From assembly GCA_964575925.1 (NCBI GenBank), contig CAZNTR010000002.1, positions 6,624 to 70,623 on the forward strand: a DNA stretch of 64,000 bases, read 5' to 3'. This document shows positions 63,941-64,000 of the stretch, in pieces. The position numbers and the translations under genes were made by a program. The stretch comes from an uncultured Chitinophagales bacterium. GTDB taxonomy: Bacteria > Bacteroidota > Rhodothermia > Balneolales > M1805. Each line of letters begins with the position of its first letter. The stretch's first letter is position 1. The notes under the pieces were generated by a model. The model was not told the origin of the DNA and did not search any database. It was given only the letters and a program-made list of their open reading frames with translations.

Positions 63941-64000
63941 CTCGCCGAAAAGTATGAGTGTGAACTTAAAAAAAAACAATATCCCGTATTTGATCATGAT

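Overview
AT-rich bacterial chromosomal window. No rRNA or CRISPR array was seen, and there is one tRNA. All function calls come from reading motifs in the supplied translations and from gene order; no alignments or searches were run.

Gene content suggests a flagellated diderm of the FCB group (Bacteroidota, Ignavibacteriota or Balneolota-like). The supporting traits are a fused ccoNO, a monoheme ccoP, weak Shine-Dalgarno usage and an Hpt HKxKP motif. This taxonomic placement is inference only.

Layout:
- 1-9663 (+): late flagellar operon flgG(partial)-flgA-flgH-flgI-rod-binding protein-flgN-like-flgK-flgL-fliW-csrA, then a TPR protein, a GT2-TPR glycosyltransferase, and a cheY plus cheZ-like pair.
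- 9746-28955 (-): cheB-cheX-like-cheY-cheD-cheR-cheW-cheA, a sigma-54 activator, flgM-like, flaG, fliD, fliS, three tandem flagellins, a second GT2-TPR enzyme, and a 1270-aa multidomain methyltransferase/glycosyltransferase.
- 29358-31077: tRNA-Leu(GAG) followed by decayed gene debris, including a poly-C tract and a GH26-like pseudogene.
- 31116-33521: polysaccharide co-polymerase/tyrosine autokinase.
- 33707-42290 (-): complete cbb3 oxidase cluster (ccoI-ccoS-ccoNO-ccoQ-ccoP-ccoG-ccoH-TauE-like).
- 42359-43208: a REP-associated tyrosine transposase (RAYT) gene bracketed by two copies of a ~120-bp four-hairpin module.
- 43271-54223: housekeeping genes (cysE, S9 peptidase, secreted Fe/Mn SOD with an extra domain, crtI, ferredoxin, folP, cdaA, pheA).
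- 54561-62561: a compact phosphorelay operon with two Hpt-like proteins, a frameshifted PAS/pseudo-kinase gene, a REC-REC protein and two PAS-rich hybrid histidine kinases.
- 62851-63699: an ATP-cone/PD-(D/E)xK nuclease-like gene flanked by hairpin repeats.

Most interesting observations:
- Split leader design of the flagellin triplet. Two copies carry CsrA-type GGA sites; the third copy has none.
- The uncharacterised 1270-aa enzyme in the flagellin locus.
- A CheZ-like phosphatase coexisting with CheX-like and CheD.
- The RAYT/REP unit and a second hairpin repeat family.
- A 7-bp microsatellite upstream of a peptidase gene.
- The phosphorelay operon with a possible -1 frameshift at an A7 run.
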